Origin: Acidimicrobiia bacterium
Lineage (GTDB): Bacteria > Actinomycetota > Acidimicrobiia > Spongiisociales > UBA5794
DNA: 64,000 nucleotides
NCBI GenBank assembly: GCA_024762335.1
Contig: JANTHO010000002.1
Location: 5,766 to 69,765, forward strand
Direction: 5' to 3'
Under the pieces are notes generated by a model, which saw nothing but the letters and a program-made list of their open reading frames with translations, made no database searches and had not been told where the DNA came from. Made by a program: the position numbers and the translations under genes. Shown here piece after piece: positions 10,516 to 22,605 of this stretch (the first letter of the stretch is position 1; each line of letters opens with the position of its first letter).

Positions 10516-11265
10516 TTAGTTGGCGAAGGTGAGGGCTTGGCGGCCGGCCCACCGTCTCGCCACCCGGGTGTAGGCCGATCGCGACGCTGCTCCGTCGCCC
10601 CGTTCGAGCGCTTCGATGCTCTCCCGAACGTCGGCTGCCGACTCGTCGAACGTCAGGTCCCCATCCGTGATGTCGTCGGCGACCGTGCCGTAGTCGAGTT
10701 CGAGCATCGAACCGGCGGGGAACTCGGCGAGCCATCGTTCGAGATCGCGAACCTGCTCGATCACCGGCGCGGGGAATCCGGCGTCGTCGAGGACGCGCAC
10801 GGCCCAGCCAACCCGATCGACCGCTTCACCCATGCCGGTTCGGTATCGGATCCCGATCCCATCGGCCCGGTCGTAGATCTCCCGCTCCGACGCACTGAAC
10901 GCTCCGAACCATCGCAGCGGAACGTGCCAGGCCGATGCCAGGATATGGCTCCGTCGGTTCGCCGAACGGTGGGTGGCCAGTTCGTTCTTGAGTATCTCCC
11001 GCTCGTCTTCGGTGACGAGGGGGATCTTGGGAAACGATCCAGAAAACGCCAGAACGCCTTCCACCATGCGCAGCCTCGTATGGCGCGGACAGGCGTAGGT
11101 GACACCGTGCCACGTGGTGACGAACGCATCCTCGGTCATCGGTTCATCCCAAACGAAACGACCGTCGGAGCGCACGACGCGTTCGTCCGCTCCCGACTCG
11201 ACGTGCAACGCGAAGCCGGCGGGGTCGTCGGCGAGATAGACACGGAGATAGGCGGTGCTGATCAC
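10516..11265 (-). CDS. hypothetical protein
   Basis: Protein-like ORF. The 280-aa track ORF starts at 11358 and would overlap the divergent leucine dehydrogenase start. An in-frame GTG at 11265 (VISTAYLRVYLADD…) leaves a normal divergent intergenic region. No family recognised. Confidence 0.5.
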   Translation of the reverse strand: MISTAYLRVYLADDPAGFALHVESGADERVVRSDGRFVWDEPMTEDAFVTTWHGVTYACPRHTRLRMVEGVLAFSGSFPKIPLVTEDEREILKNELATHRSANRRSHILASAWHVPLRWFGAFSASEREIYDRADGIGIRYRTGMGEAVDRVGWAVRVLDDAGFPAPVIEQVRDLERWLAEFPAGSMLELDYGTVADDITDGDLTFDESAADVRESIEALERGDGAASRSAYTRVARRWAGRQALTFAN

Positions 11266-11351
11266 GCAGGGATGGTAACGGAGGGGGTCCCGATACGGAC
11301 CGGGTACCGCCCAACTAGAATCGGCTGCGCGGCGCAGAGCATGACCGCTGC

Positions 11352-12449
11352 GTGGCATCGAAAGGAGCCCCGTTGGGTGTATTCGAAGCGATCGGTACCG
11401 AGACCCATGAAGAGGTACTGTTCGGAGTAGACCACGAGAGTGGCCTCCGAACCATCATCGCCATCCACAGCACTGCCCTCGGTCCCGCTCTCGGCGGGAC
11501 CCGTTTCTTTCCGTACCCCGATGAGGACGCGGCGCTCCGGGACGTGCTCCGCCTCTCGAAAGGCATGACCCTCAAGTCGGCTGCGGCGGGTCTCGACCTC
11601 GGCGGCGGCAAGGCCGTGATCATCGGCGATCCCGCCACGCTGCGATCGGAGCGCCTCATTCGCGCATACGGCCGGGTGATCGACTCGCTCGGCGGGCGCT
11701 ACATCACCGCCGAAGACGTCGGCACGACGGTCGACGACATGGTCCTCATCGCCAGGGAGACGCCGTGGGTATCCGGCCTTCCGTATGCACAGGGAGGTTC
11801 GGGTGACCCATCGCCAGAGACCGCCCGCGGTGTGATGGCGGCATTGCGGGCCGTCGGCGACCGGGTCTGGGGATCGACCGATCTCGCGGGTCGGCGGGTC
11901 GCCGTCCAGGGCGTCGGCAAAGTCGGCATGGATCTCGTTCGACGGCTCACGGAGGCCGGGGCCGAAACGATCATCACGGACGCCAATCCGGATGCAATGG
12001 CGTTCGCCGCGGAGACGTACGGATCTGAGCCGGTTGGTCTCGACGAAATCTACGACGTCGAGTGTGACGTCTTCTCACCCTGCGCCCTCGGCGCCACGCT
12101 GAACGCCGACACCATCCCCCGGTTGCGCTGTTCAGCGATCGCCGGATCGGCGAACAACCAGCTCGCGACCGATACCGACATCGAGCGAATCGTGGCTCGC
12201 GGAATCCTCTACGCACCCGACTTCGTCGTCAACGCCGGTGGGGTGATCAACATCGCGGTCGAAACGGACGGCTACTCCATCGAGCGGGCCGAAGCGATGG
12301 TCGACCGCATCTACGACAATCTCTCCGAAGTCTTCGACACCGCCGAGCGGGATGGCGTCAATCCCGACGTCGCCGCAACACGTTTCGCACTACGAAGGAT
12401 CGATCAGATCGGACGTCTCCGCGTCAAACGCCGGCCCGGAGAGCAGTGA
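11352..12449 (+). CDS. Leu/Val/Phe (branched-chain) amino-acid dehydrogenase (Glu/Leu/Phe/Val DH family)
   Basis: Motifs GLRTIIAIHSTALGPALGGTRF and the Rossmann fold GVGKVGMDLVRRL. The track start is a GTG at 11352. A TTG at 11376, preceded by AAAGGAG with a 5-nt spacer, gives an N-terminus that fits LeuDH/ValDH homologues better. Confidence 0.85.
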   Translation: MASKGAPLGVFEAIGTETHEEVLFGVDHESGLRTIIAIHSTALGPALGGTRFFPYPDEDAALRDVLRLSKGMTLKSAAAGLDLGGGKAVIIGDPATLRSERLIRAYGRVIDSLGGRYITAEDVGTTVDDMVLIARETPWVSGLPYAQGGSGDPSPETARGVMAALRAVGDRVWGSTDLAGRRVAVQGVGKVGMDLVRRLTEAGAETIITDANPDAMAFAAETYGSEPVGLDEIYDVECDVFSPCALGATLNADTIPRLRCSAIAGSANNQLATDTDIERIVARGILYAPDFVVNAGGVINIAVETDGYSIERAEAMVDRIYDNLSEVFDTAERDGVNPDVAATRFALRRIDQIGRLRVKRRPGEQ

Positions 12450-12459
12450 GAGGAGCACC

Positions 12460-14490
<2,031 letters not shown>

Positions 14491-14521
14491 CCGTGGCCAC
14501 CGAAGGTCGTAGCATGGCGCC

Positions 14522-15397
14522 ATGTCCGACGGTGTGATCGTTCGACCAGCGCTGCCATCCGATCGTGAGGCGATCGTGGCATTCACCCACGACACGTTCG
14601 AGTGGGGCGACTACATCGCCGACGTGTTCGACGAGTGGCTCGCCCGCGACGACACGCAGGTCATGGTCGCCGTCGTGGACGACGTGCCGATCGCAACCGG
14701 CAGCGCACGGATGCTGTCTCCGACCGAAGCGTGGTTCCACGGCGCCAGGGTGCATCCGGACTACCGCGGCCGGGGAATCGCCGCCGACGTGTCGAAGGAT
14801 CTGCGGGCATGGGCCCGCGATCAGGGAGCCGTGGTCGGACGCCTCCTCATCGAGGAGGGCAACACGCCGTCGATCCGTCACGTCGAGAAGACCGGCCGGC
14901 GACGCGTTGCGACGATGGTCCGATGTTCGAAGCCGGTCGGTGACGCATCGCCCTCCCCGAGCGGCAACGGCGGACGGCGAGTGCCGTCGAAACTGCGGGC
15001 CCGACCGGCGAGTTCGACCGAGGCTCAGGCAGCGTTCGCCTCGTGGTCCGTCGGGGAGTTGGGCCGAGCGTCGCGCGGCCTCTTCGGGATCGGCTGGGCA
15101 TTCCGGCGCCTCACGATCGGGGACCTGGCGGCGGCCGCACGCGGCAGCGCGTTCTGGGAGATTGGAGCCGGCTGGGCCCTGGCTTCGCCGACGCAGGAGG
15201 CCCGTCTCGAGGTCGGATGGATCGAGACCCGGTCGGAAGACGCCGACGATCTTCTCCGCTCCCTGATCGACCTGGCGATCGGATCGGGCTCCGAGTCGAT
15301 CATCCTGTGGGTTCCGGAAATCGAATGGACGGTCCGCGCCGCCAGGCGACTCGGTTTCGAGACCGCGAAGATGCATGTCTACGCGTCGGCGCTGTGA
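14522..15397 (+). CDS. GNAT family N-acetyltransferase
   Basis: 291-aa ORF with an N-terminal GNAT motif (…ARVHPDYRGRGIAADVSKDLRAWA…) and a second GNAT-like half. Confidence 0.65.
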   Translation: MSDGVIVRPALPSDREAIVAFTHDTFEWGDYIADVFDEWLARDDTQVMVAVVDDVPIATGSARMLSPTEAWFHGARVHPDYRGRGIAADVSKDLRAWARDQGAVVGRLLIEEGNTPSIRHVEKTGRRRVATMVRCSKPVGDASPSPSGNGGRRVPSKLRARPASSTEAQAAFASWSVGELGRASRGLFGIGWAFRRLTIGDLAAAARGSAFWEIGAGWALASPTQEARLEVGWIETRSEDADDLLRSLIDLAIGSGSESIILWVPEIEWTVRAARRLGFETAKMHVYASAL

Positions 15398-15659
15398 CGA
15401 CGAGGCGGGATCGAACGGCCGGTTGCTCATGGATCCTTTCGCCTCCCGACACCAACACAGGGTGAGGCCGGTCCGTCCGGGTTGGGATCGGCGGCGCAGC
15501 CGTTCGCACGATCGATCCCGACCATCTGTCTCAATCACGAACAGACTGAGCAATGACACGGCGTTGCCGCCGATGCCGATAGCCCCGGATTCCGGTGTAG
15601 GGGAAACACTCGGGACATCCCTGATATCGCACGACGCCGTGAAGTCCGATACTCGATGC

Positions 15660-16685
15660 ATGTCCACAGAAAGAGGGTCGGGTTTCTCAGGCATCGCGAC
15701 CAGCCTCGCATTCGTCTTCTTGTCGGCTCTCATCGTTGTGACGGCTTCGGAGCGGGTCTACTGGTATTGGGGATTCGCCGGCGCCGACCCTGCCGATGTT
15801 GCTCTCGGTACCATCGAGGCAGCACTGTTCTACTCGGTGCCGATGGCCGCCGCGCTCTGGGTGATGGCGAAAACCCCCGTGCGCCGCCTGCACCAACTGG
15901 TGCTCGCCTCGGCGGTGTTCGCCTTCGTGGTCGAAGGTGTGCTCACGGCGGTCATCTTCGAAGCCGGCCCGATCGATCCGATCTTCCCGGCCATGTTCGT
16001 CGGCTGGCATGGATTGCTCGCGATGGTCGGCTTCTGGTATCTCACCCGGAAGTGGCTGATCGAGCGTCGTCGTCGCCTCTTGGGGATCGGTGCGATCGCG
16101 ATGGGCATGCTCTGGGGTCTGTGGGCGACGACGTCGTGGCTGCCCGGGAACCTGGCCGACGCCGCCCCCGACGAAATCAGGACTGTGGCTGATCCCGCGG
16201 TGTTCGCTCTCTATGCCGCGTGGGTCGGTGCAGTCTTCATCGCAGGCCACTGGCTCCTCGGACGTGTTTGGCGACCGCAGTTCAGCCCCGGTCGCGTAGG
16301 TACGGTCGTTCTCGCCGCCGTGATGATCGGTCTGCACGCCTTGGTTGTCATCGCCGTTCCCTGGGCACCGTTCAAGCTGGCGGCGCTGCTCGGCGTCGTC
16401 GCCTGGGCTCTCGTTCGCAGCCGCAGGGGCAGTGAGGGTCCGACGATTCTCGAGCAACTCGACGGCCACGTGCGATGGCGCGACGCCGCGCTCCTCTCAC
16501 TCATGCCGATCACGGCGGCCGGGACATACGCCGCCGCATGGGGCGCCGCCGTGCCGGATGGAGTCATCGAGGTCGTCTTCCTAGCGCTTGTCGCCGTCCA
16601 GGTTCTCGCAGGTGCGGTCGCGTTCGTCTGGGCATCGATCGAAGCCTTTCGAGCGAAGGAGCCCGATCGCCGCGTGTCATCGTGA
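15660..16685 (+). CDS. polytopic integral membrane protein (about 8 TM), function unknown
   Basis: Start at the ATG at 15660 (MSTERGSGFSGIATSLAFVFLSALIVV…), followed by a continuous hydrophobic helix pattern. The 436-aa track ORF has an Arg-rich, non-protein-like N-terminal extension. Confidence 0.6.
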   Translation: MSTERGSGFSGIATSLAFVFLSALIVVTASERVYWYWGFAGADPADVALGTIEAALFYSVPMAAALWVMAKTPVRRLHQLVLASAVFAFVVEGVLTAVIFEAGPIDPIFPAMFVGWHGLLAMVGFWYLTRKWLIERRRRLLGIGAIAMGMLWGLWATTSWLPGNLADAAPDEIRTVADPAVFALYAAWVGAVFIAGHWLLGRVWRPQFSPGRVGTVVLAAVMIGLHALVVIAVPWAPFKLAALLGVVAWALVRSRRGSEGPTILEQLDGHVRWRDAALLSLMPITAAGTYAAAWGAAVPDGVIEVVFLALVAVQVLAGAVAFVWASIEAFRAKEPDRRVSS

Positions 16686-17891
16686 GCGAAGAGCGTCCCA
16701 GTACAACTCGATCGGGTGGGCGACGACGGTGCCGCTGTCGAGGTGTGCCTTCAGTTGCATCTCGCATCCGGGGTTCGCAGAAGCAACCAGGTTGAGGCCG
16801 GTCGCCCGGACCTGAGTCGACTTCGCCATGCCGAGAATCGCAGACATCTCCGGGTGGTCGAGTTGGTAGGCGCCCGCCGCCCCGCAGCACGTTCCCGCGG
16901 GGTCGGTCTCGACCGGTGAGTACCCGGCTGCTCGCAGAATCTCTCGCGGTTCTTCAGCGATGCCCTGAGCATGTCGGAGATGACACGGATCCTGGACGGC
17001 GATCGGCGTGTCGCCCTCGATGTGCGGCAGTAGGTCGGCATCGAGGAGCGTTGCGATGAGTTCGTTCGCGTCGATGATCCGGGATGCCAGATCATCGCCA
17101 CCGTCCGCCCAGTGCCCGTACCCCTTCATGTGGGCGCTGCACCCCGCCGAGTCGACGACGACGAGGTCGAACCCGTCGAACGCTTCGACGTTCTGAGCAG
17201 CCATCTTCGCCGCGTCGTACGCCGCCCCTTCGTGAGCGGCCAGGGCGCCACAACACGTCTGGTTCTTCGGGGCAACGACCCGATAGCCGGCAGTGCGGAG
17301 CACCTGGATGACGGCCGTATGCACATCTGAGTACCACTGGTCCATCACGCACCCGGCGAGGAAGCCGACGGTGCCGATCGGTTCACCTTCGGGCAGCCAC
17401 TCGTGACCGGCCGTCGTTGGAACGGGGAGCGGAATGGTGCGGAGCGCCGTGGCCTTCGCCGCCGAACCCGGAAGCACGGAGGCAAGGTGCATCCGCTGGA
17501 CGGCTCCCACGACCCATGACAACAGCACGACCGCCGACCGCGAGGCGATCGCCCGGCCGAACACGGTGCGTGTCGCGACGGTCCGCCAATCGGGAAGTTG
17601 CGCCGCAACCTCGGCCCGGGCCCCTTCCATGAGGCGACCGAACTGGACGAGGGAGGGACAGGCGACTTCGCAGGCCCGACACTGGAGGCAGAGTCCCATC
17701 ACTTCGGCGAAGCGTTCGTCTACCTCGACGAGTCGGCGATCGACGGCACGCATCGCTGCGATGCGTCCGCGGGGGGACGCCGATTCGTCCCCGGTGACGC
17801 CGAACGTGGGGCAGACGGGGAGGCAGAGACCGCAGTCGATGCATGCGTTCAGTTCCACGGTCGTCGGCGCGAAGTCGGTCACCCACGCCAT
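16677..17891 (-). CDS. glcF: glycolate oxidase iron-sulfur subunit
   Basis: Two 4Fe-4S motifs (CIDCGLCLPVCP, CLQCRACEVACP) and two CCG domains (…GCVMDQ…QTCCG…, …QDPCHL…GTCCGAAG). Start ATG at 17891 overlaps the glcE stop (ATGA). Confidence 0.85.
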   Translation of the reverse strand: MAWVTDFAPTTVELNACIDCGLCLPVCPTFGVTGDESASPRGRIAAMRAVDRRLVEVDERFAEVMGLCLQCRACEVACPSLVQFGRLMEGARAEVAAQLPDWRTVATRTVFGRAIASRSAVVLLSWVVGAVQRMHLASVLPGSAAKATALRTIPLPVPTTAGHEWLPEGEPIGTVGFLAGCVMDQWYSDVHTAVIQVLRTAGYRVVAPKNQTCCGALAAHEGAAYDAAKMAAQNVEAFDGFDLVVVDSAGCSAHMKGYGHWADGGDDLASRIIDANELIATLLDADLLPHIEGDTPIAVQDPCHLRHAQGIAEEPREILRAAGYSPVETDPAGTCCGAAGAYQLDHPEMSAILGMAKSTQVRATGLNLVASANPGCEMQLKAHLDSGTVVAHPIELYWDALRSR

Positions 17892-19015
17892 CAGAGGCCT
17901 CCGGGGAGGATGCCGGGGTTGCAGATGCTTGCAGGATCGAAGGACACTTTGATCCGTCGCTGGATCTCGATGGCCGCGGGAGCGTGTCCCCACGGATCGA
18001 CGCCGTCTCCGATCAGTTCGGCACCGTCGAGTACGACCGTCGACCCGCGTCGCGACACCGCCCATGAGCGGAGGTCTCCGAAGAGGTCCGTCTCGAGTCG
18101 CTCGAAGCCGACGGTGACGATGCCGACGCCGTGCTGAGCGATCCATCGGGTGGGGTCCATTTCCCGGATGAGAGCCACGGTCTCGCCGACGTCGTGTGGG
18201 GGGACCCGCACGGAGAGTCGGATCGGTTCACCGATCGGCTCCGGCCACGACAGGCCGGCGGACCCGTCGGAGGCGAGTTCGGCCGTCTGGGATGCGACCT
18301 CTTCTTCGGTTCCGCCGAGGTAGCAGCGTGCGCCGTCCTCCGTTTCGAGCACGGCGAGGGGCCGGTAGGCCGTCGCCAACGCCCCGGCTGCATCGGTGAC
18401 CGGCACCGTTGCCGTGGAGATCGGACGCGACCAGAGTTTCAGGGCAACCGTGCCGATCAGTCCGAGGCTGCCGAGCGATCCCGTGACGAGACGTTGCACG
18501 CCGTAGCCGGTCGACGACTTGACGACGAGGCTGCCCCCGGTGATCGCCTTCCCGTAGCCGGTCGCCATCTCGACCCGTAGGACACGATCCCGTGTCGGCC
18601 CGTATCTCAGCCGCCGGTACCCGGAGACTCCGGTGGCAATCACGCCGCCGATCGTCGCACCCGGGGCGGTCTCGGGGAGCACCGCCGTCTGCCGCCGTTC
18701 GGCGAGCGTCGCCTCGAGGTCGTCGACGGTCATCCCTGCGCCGACGACGACCGTGAGATCGTCCGGCTGCCAGTCGATGATCGAGGCCATGTTCGATGTG
18801 GTGACGACAAGGTCGGCGGTCACCGGATTGCCGATGTTGCTGTGGGTGCCGCCGCCCAGGAACGCCACAGCGAGTCCTTCGCTTGCTGCAACCGTCATCA
18901 GCGCCGCCGCTTCGTCGAGTGAAGCGGGTGCGACGACGAACCGGCCGTCGTCGTCGGCACGCTCGTCACGGAGGCGTTCGAAGAGTCGGAGCGTGGAGGT
19001 ACGCAACGTCGTCAT
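17891..19015 (-). CDS. glcE: glycolate oxidase FAD-binding subunit
   Basis: FAD PCMH-type domain (…VAFLGGGTHSNIG…). The ATG at 19015 overlaps the glcD stop. Confidence 0.8.
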   Translation of the reverse strand: MTTLRTSTLRLFERLRDERADDDGRFVVAPASLDEAAALMTVAASEGLAVAFLGGGTHSNIGNPVTADLVVTTSNMASIIDWQPDDLTVVVGAGMTVDDLEATLAERRQTAVLPETAPGATIGGVIATGVSGYRRLRYGPTRDRVLRVEMATGYGKAITGGSLVVKSSTGYGVQRLVTGSLGSLGLIGTVALKLWSRPISTATVPVTDAAGALATAYRPLAVLETEDGARCYLGGTEEEVASQTAELASDGSAGLSWPEPIGEPIRLSVRVPPHDVGETVALIREMDPTRWIAQHGVGIVTVGFERLETDLFGDLRSWAVSRRGSTVVLDGAELIGDGVDPWGHAPAAIEIQRRIKVSFDPASICNPGILPGGL

Positions 19016-20409
19016 GCGTCTCGCTCTTCTGTGAGCCGCGCGCCGGCGGGCAGGATCTTCCCGGGGTTGAGGCTCCCCTCGGGGTCGAAGGCATCCCGGA
19101 TCCTCGCCTGTGCATCGAGATCTTCCGGGGTGAACACGAGGTGCATCAGGTCGCGTTTCTCGAGTCCGATGCCGTGCTCGCCGCTCAAGGTTCCTCCGGC
19201 GGCGACCGCTGCGTGCACCATGTCGTGGGCTGCGTTGATTACCTTCTCACTCATCCCCGGTTCGGAGGCGTCGAAGGTGACGAGTGGGTGGAAGTTCCCG
19301 TCACCGGCGTGGAACACGTTCATGAGGCGCAGACCGTCCCGTTCGGCAATGGCATAGATCTCGTCGAGCACGTCGACGAACCGGGTTCGCGGGACGACCG
19401 TGTCGCTCAAGTAGTAGTCGGGGGCGGATTGGGCGATCGAACCGAACGCGTTCTTCCGGCCTTTCCACAGCAGCGCACGTTCGTCGTCGTCCGCCGCCGT
19501 GCGGATCTCCCTGGCGTCGTTGCGCCGGCCGATCTCCTCGATCAACGCAGCCTCGACGACGGTGCCGGCAGGATGGCCGACGACCTCGGCGATCAGAACC
19601 GCACCGGCGTCGGTCGGGAGGCCTGCATGCATGAAGTTCTCCACGGCAACGATCATCGGTTGATCCATCATCTCGAGGGCCGCAGGAACCAGTCCTGTCG
19701 CGACGATGTCGGAGACCGTCTGCGCCGCCTGGTGGATGTTCTCGAAGACGAGCAGCATCGTGACGACGTCCGGAGGATTCTGGATCAGTCGGACGAGTAC
19801 GCGGGTGACGATGCCCAGCGTCCCTTCGGATCCGACGATCAGTCCGCGCAGGTCGTAGCCCGGTTCGTCGGGCGCCTCTCCGCCGACGATGACGACGTCT
19901 CCATCCGCCGTGACCATCTCGACGCCGAGGATGTGCGCGGCCGTCGTTCCCTCGGCGAGACAGTGGGGACCGCCGGCGTTCGTTCCGACGTTGCCGCCGA
20001 TCGTCGACGACTGCTGCGACGCCGGGTCGGGGGCGAAGTGGAGACCCCGGTCGGCGAGGGCGCGCGACAGATCGAGGTTGACGACGCCGGGCCCCACCCA
20101 GGCGGTTCTTCCGATCTCGTCTACTTCTTCGATCGCGTTGAGTCTGGTGAGAACGATCACGATCGACCCGGGCGCCGGGACCGCCCCGCCGGCGAGTCCG
20201 GTTCCTGCACCCCGAGCCACGATCGGAATGCCGGCCCGCGAGGCGATTCGCACGACGGCGGCGACTTCCTCCGTTGTGTCGGGGAGCACGATGACCGCCG
20301 GATCTCCGGCGGTGACCCCGGAGTCCTTCGCATAGATGATCCGGTCGACCGGATGCGTGTGCACCCGGGATGCGCCGAGGAGATCAATGAGTTCGACGGT
20401 CGGATCCAT
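19012..20409 (-). CDS. glcD: glycolate oxidase / FAD-linked oxidase subunit
   Basis: GlcD-like FAD-binding oxidase (ARGAGTGLAGGAVP…, C-terminal HAGDGNFHP, SGEHGIG). Start chosen at the ATG at 20409 (MDPTVELIDLL), which matches homologue N-terminal length. An alternative ATG at 20514 has an AAGGAG RBS but would overlap lutA divergently. Confidence 0.8.
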   Translation of the reverse strand: MDPTVELIDLLGASRVHTHPVDRIIYAKDSGVTAGDPAVIVLPDTTEEVAAVVRIASRAGIPIVARGAGTGLAGGAVPAPGSIVIVLTRLNAIEEVDEIGRTAWVGPGVVNLDLSRALADRGLHFAPDPASQQSSTIGGNVGTNAGGPHCLAEGTTAAHILGVEMVTADGDVVIVGGEAPDEPGYDLRGLIVGSEGTLGIVTRVLVRLIQNPPDVVTMLLVFENIHQAAQTVSDIVATGLVPAALEMMDQPMIVAVENFMHAGLPTDAGAVLIAEVVGHPAGTVVEAALIEEIGRRNDAREIRTAADDDERALLWKGRKNAFGSIAQSAPDYYLSDTVVPRTRFVDVLDEIYAIAERDGLRLMNVFHAGDGNFHPLVTFDASEPGMSEKVINAAHDMVHAAVAAGGTLSGEHGIGLEKRDLMHLVFTPEDLDAQARIRDAFDPEGSLNPGKILPAGARLTEERDA

Positions 20410-20458
20410 CGTCACATCGTACCGGCCGGGGTCGTCGCCACGCCTATCGTGTGGCAAC

Positions 20459-21214
20459 GTGAACACCTCGGAACCCGACCGGCCCGCATCGGCGCAGCTG
20501 TTCGCCACGTGCATCGTCGACTCCTTCTATCCCGGGGTCGGGCGGGCCGTCGTCCACGTCCTTGAAGATCAGGGCGTCGCCGTCGAGTTCCCGGCCGATC
20601 AGACATGCTGCGGCCAACCCGCATATAACGCCGGTCACCGCGACGAGGCCAGGGCGATGGCGGCCCACACCGTCTCCGTACTCGATGCCACTGAGGGCCC
20701 GATCGTCGTCCCCTCCGGCTCCTGCGCCGCGATGATGATCGACCACTACGCAGACCTGCTCTCCGATGACGACGCTCTGGCCGCTGCTGCCCGGCGTGTA
20801 GCCGGCCGGGTCCGTGAGTTCACCCAATTCGTCGTCGACGATCTGGGCCTCGACGGTCTCGAAGCGGATGCGACTGGGCCCATCACGTTCCATCCTTCCT
20901 GCCACGGTCTCCGTCATCTCGGTCTCCGCGGCTACGGCGAACGGGTCCTCGACCACGTCGGCGTCGAACGACGGCCGCTCGAAGCCGCAGAGGAGTGCTG
21001 CGGGTTCGGTGGACTCTTCGCCGTTGAAATGCCCGAAATCTCCGGTGCGCTCATGGAGACGAAGATCGGCCACGTCGAAGCGACCGGGGCTGAGACGCTC
21101 GTCGGCTACGACATGTCCTGTCTGATGCACCTCGCCGGCGGCATGCGACGCCGCGGCACCGACGTCGAAGTGAGGCACATTGCCGAAATCATCGCCGGAG
21201 AGGATGAGGCGTGA
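20459..21214 (+). CDS. lutA: lactate utilisation protein A, (Fe-S)-binding CCG-domain oxidoreductase
   Basis: Two CCG domains (…ATCIVDSFYP…DQTCCGQPAYNAGH… and …HPSCHGL…EECCGFGG). The only in-frame start upstream of the conserved N-terminus is the GTG at 20459. Confidence 0.8.
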   Translation: MNTSEPDRPASAQLFATCIVDSFYPGVGRAVVHVLEDQGVAVEFPADQTCCGQPAYNAGHRDEARAMAAHTVSVLDATEGPIVVPSGSCAAMMIDHYADLLSDDDALAAAARRVAGRVREFTQFVVDDLGLDGLEADATGPITFHPSCHGLRHLGLRGYGERVLDHVGVERRPLEAAEECCGFGGLFAVEMPEISGALMETKIGHVEATGAETLVGYDMSCLMHLAGGMRRRGTDVEVRHIAEIIAGEDEA

Positions 21215-22605
21215 CGACCTCAACCTTCTCCGAGCGGGGAGCGGCAGCGGTCGGGTCGGCGGCCGCTGCGGCCGTCGGGGATGGGGCCCGGCACCTCATC
21301 GAGAAGCGCGCCGCCGCCGTCGACGCCTATCCGGCAATGGATGCCATGAGGGATCGGGTCCGCGAGATCCGCCTCCACACGCTTGCGCATCTCGATGCCT
21401 ATCTCGCCGACTTCGCCGATTCCGTCGAAGCTGCGGGAGGCCACGTCTTCTTCGCTGCAGACGCCGACGAAGCCAACGCCTACATCCTCGGTGTCGCCGG
21501 GGAGGCCGGGGCGGAATTGGTCGTCAAGTCCAAGTCGATGGTGACCGAGGAAATCGAACTCAACGGCGCACTCGAGGCCGGAGGGTTGACGATCGTCGAA
21601 ACCGACCTCGGGGAATTCATCGTTCAGCTTTCCGGCGACCGCCCGTCGCACATCGTGGCTCCAGTCCTCCACTGGACGAAGGAACAGGTCGGCCACCTGT
21701 TCGCCGACCAACTCGGCGTTCCCTACGCCGACGAGCCGACCGAGTTGAACCAGATCGCCCGCACGCATCTGCGACGCATCTTCCTCAGGGCGGACATGGG
21801 TATCTCCGGAGTGAACTTCGCCGCCGCGTCGACCGGCACGATCGCCATCGTCACGAACGAAGGCAACGGGAGGCTGACGACGACCGCTCCCCGGGTGCAT
21901 GTGGCGGTGATGGGGATGGAACGGGTTGTGCCGACCGTCGAGGATCTCGGCGTCATGCTCGAAGTGCTCGGTCGCTCGGCCACGGGGCAGTCGCTGACCA
22001 CCTATACGAACCTGATCACCGGTCCGCGCCGTCCGGACGATGACGACGGCCCGGACGAGTTCCACGTCGTCATCGTCGACAATGGACGGACGGCGGTCCT
22101 CGGCGACGAGGTCTCGGAGGTGCTGGCCTGTATCCGATGCGGCGCGTGTCTCAACATCTGCCCGGTCTATCGCACCGTCGGCGGTCACGCATACGGCGAC
22201 GTCTACCCGGGGCCGGTCGGATCCGTACTCTCCCCCATCCTCTTCGGATTCGAGGGCCGGGAGGAGTTGCCGTACGCCTGCACCCTCTGTGGCGCCTGTC
22301 TCGAAGTGTGCCCGGCTCGCATCGACCTGCCGAGCCTGCTGGTGAACCTGCGCGAGCGTGTAGCGCAGGAGGGGACGGCCTTCTCCTGGCTCGACCGCCC
22401 GCTCGACGCCTACGAGTTCGCGGCCACGCATCCGACGATGTGGACCGCCTCGATCGATGGGGCGTCGCTCGCCGGGAGGGCGAACCGGGGCGGATGGTTC
22501 AAGCGGCTCCCCTGGCGGGGCAAGACCTGGACGAGCGTGCGGAACCTGCCGGCTCCGGCCGTCACTTCGTTCCGTCGCTGGTGGAAGAAGCATCATGGAG
22601 CGTGA
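21211..22605 (+). CDS. lutB: lactate utilisation protein B (iron-sulfur, DUF162/LUD domain)
   Basis: LutB-like sequence with a 2x4Fe-4S ferredoxin region (CIRCGACLNICPVY, CTLCGACLEVCP). The GTG start overlaps the lutA stop (GTGA). Confidence 0.8.
   Translation: MTTSTFSERGAAAVGSAAAAAVGDGARHLIEKRAAAVDAYPAMDAMRDRVREIRLHTLAHLDAYLADFADSVEAAGGHVFFAADADEANAYILGVAGEAGAELVVKSKSMVTEEIELNGALEAGGLTIVETDLGEFIVQLSGDRPSHIVAPVLHWTKEQVGHLFADQLGVPYADEPTELNQIARTHLRRIFLRADMGISGVNFAAASTGTIAIVTNEGNGRLTTTAPRVHVAVMGMERVVPTVEDLGVMLEVLGRSATGQSLTTYTNLITGPRRPDDDDGPDEFHVVIVDNGRTAVLGDEVSEVLACIRCGACLNICPVYRTVGGHAYGDVYPGPVGSVLSPILFGFEGREELPYACTLCGACLEVCPARIDLPSLLVNLRERVAQEGTAFSWLDRPLDAYEFAATHPTMWTASIDGASLAGRANRGGWFKRLPWRGKTWTSVRNLPAPAVTSFRRWWKKHHGA

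Noticed and set aside
15398-15659. 262-bp gap upstream of the polytopic membrane protein, with a small track ORF (15375...) and a weak inverted repeat around 15525-15555
   Set aside because: The candidate peptide is Arg/Ser/Pro-rich and not protein-like. The inverted repeat is imperfect. Most likely an ordinary promoter or leader region.
18883-20565. 560-aa plus-strand ORF, and similar long ORFs (21220-22740 minus, 23951-25732 plus, 25516-26595 plus, 37270-38754 minus, 41851-43332 minus, 42747-44579 minus, 48395-49732 plus, 49279-50676 plus, 50367-51713 minus, 52691-54151 minus)
   Set aside because: All are antisense or out-of-frame shadows of genes with strong homology (glcDE, lutB, hyuAB, mrp, selAB, asd/lysC, ppiB, histidine kinase). 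Compositions are Arg/Gly/Asp-rich with no recognisable motifs.
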